Positions 46,985 to 47,610 of a stretch of DNA of 47,610 bases are shown here, in pieces (the stretch's first letter is position 1; each line of letters starts with the position of its first letter). The translations under genes and the position numbers were made by a program. The notes beneath the pieces were generated by a model that searched no databases, had not been told where the DNA came from, and worked only from the letters and a program-made list of their open reading frames with translations. This DNA comes from Neocallimastix sp. 'constans' (Eukaryota): positions 434,001 through 481,610 of the forward strand of contig JBODTK010000131.1 in NCBI GenBank assembly GCA_050613775.1, given 5' to 3'.

Positions 46985-47610
46985 TTAAAAAAAAAAAAAA
47001 AAATGAAGGAAGGAGAGAAAATTAGTCTTTTGAAAAATAAAAAAAAAATAAAAAAAAAAAAAAATAAGAAAAAAAATAAAATAAAAAAAAAATGAAAAAA
47101 ATTTTTTTTTCATATTTTTTTTTTTCTTATTTTTTTTCTTATTTTTTTTTCTTATTTTTTTCTTATTTTTCATATTTTTTTTTATTTTTTTTTCTTATGT
47201 TTTTTTCTTATTTTGTCTTATTTTTTTTTCATATTTATTTTTTCTTATTTTTTTTCTCTTATTTTTTTTTATTATTTTTTTTATTTTTTTTTCTTACTTT
47301 TTTTTTCTTACTTTTTTTTTTCTTATTTTTTCTCTTATTTTTCATATTTTTTTTTTCATATTTTTTTTCTTATTCATTTTCTTTTTCTTTTTTTTTCTTA
47401 TTTTTTCTCTTATTTTTCATATTTTTTTTTATATTTTTTTTTCATATTTTTTTTCTTATTTATTTTTTTTATTTTTTTTTTTTATTTTTTTTTTTTATTT
47501 TTTTTTCTTATTTTGTCTTATTTTTTTTTTATATTTATTTTTTCTCTTTTTTTTCATATTTTTTTTTTCATATTTTTTTTCTTATTTTTTTTTCTCTTAT
47601 TTTTTTTTAT
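46985..47610. repeat. A-rich then T-rich low-complexity tract (TTTTTTCTTA / TTTTCATA units)
   Basis: Direct inspection. Confidence 0.8.

Noticed and set aside
29019..47173. Short F/L/I/K-rich ORFs (29019-29237, 46479-46775, 46985-47173)
   Set aside because: Products of AT-rich low-complexity sequence with no recognisable protein features.

Overview
Extremely AT-rich eukaryotic DNA; the composition and the Copia+Gypsy load suggest an anaerobic gut fungus (Neocallimastigomycota), which is an inference. No host protein gene is evident. The core is two divergently transcribed tRNA loci, tRNA-Val(TAC) (10072-10144, -) and a tRNA-Ser(TGA)/tRNA-Cys(GCA) tandem (43389-43555, +). About 33 kb of stacked LTR retrotransposons separates them. 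Removing elements one at a time using their target-site duplications (TSDs) places about nine insertions, from several LTR families, 11-17 bp upstream of a mature tRNA 5' end. The youngest insertion sits next to the tRNA, so each stack reads as a chronological record. The stacks contain one apparently intact autonomous element (D, 31512-37622), a gag-only element with apparently identical LTRs (A), an RT/IN-less gag-protease element (E), an RNase H-less element (B), an element with mismatched LTRs (F), and solo or truncated LTRs. Shared cis signals are TGATA LTR termini, tRNA-Ala or tRNA-Arg PBSs, -1 frameshift cassettes, and a covarying hairpin just upstream of the PPT. The window also holds a chromovirus pol fragment and two decayed Copia elements. 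Element letters A-F are my own labels.
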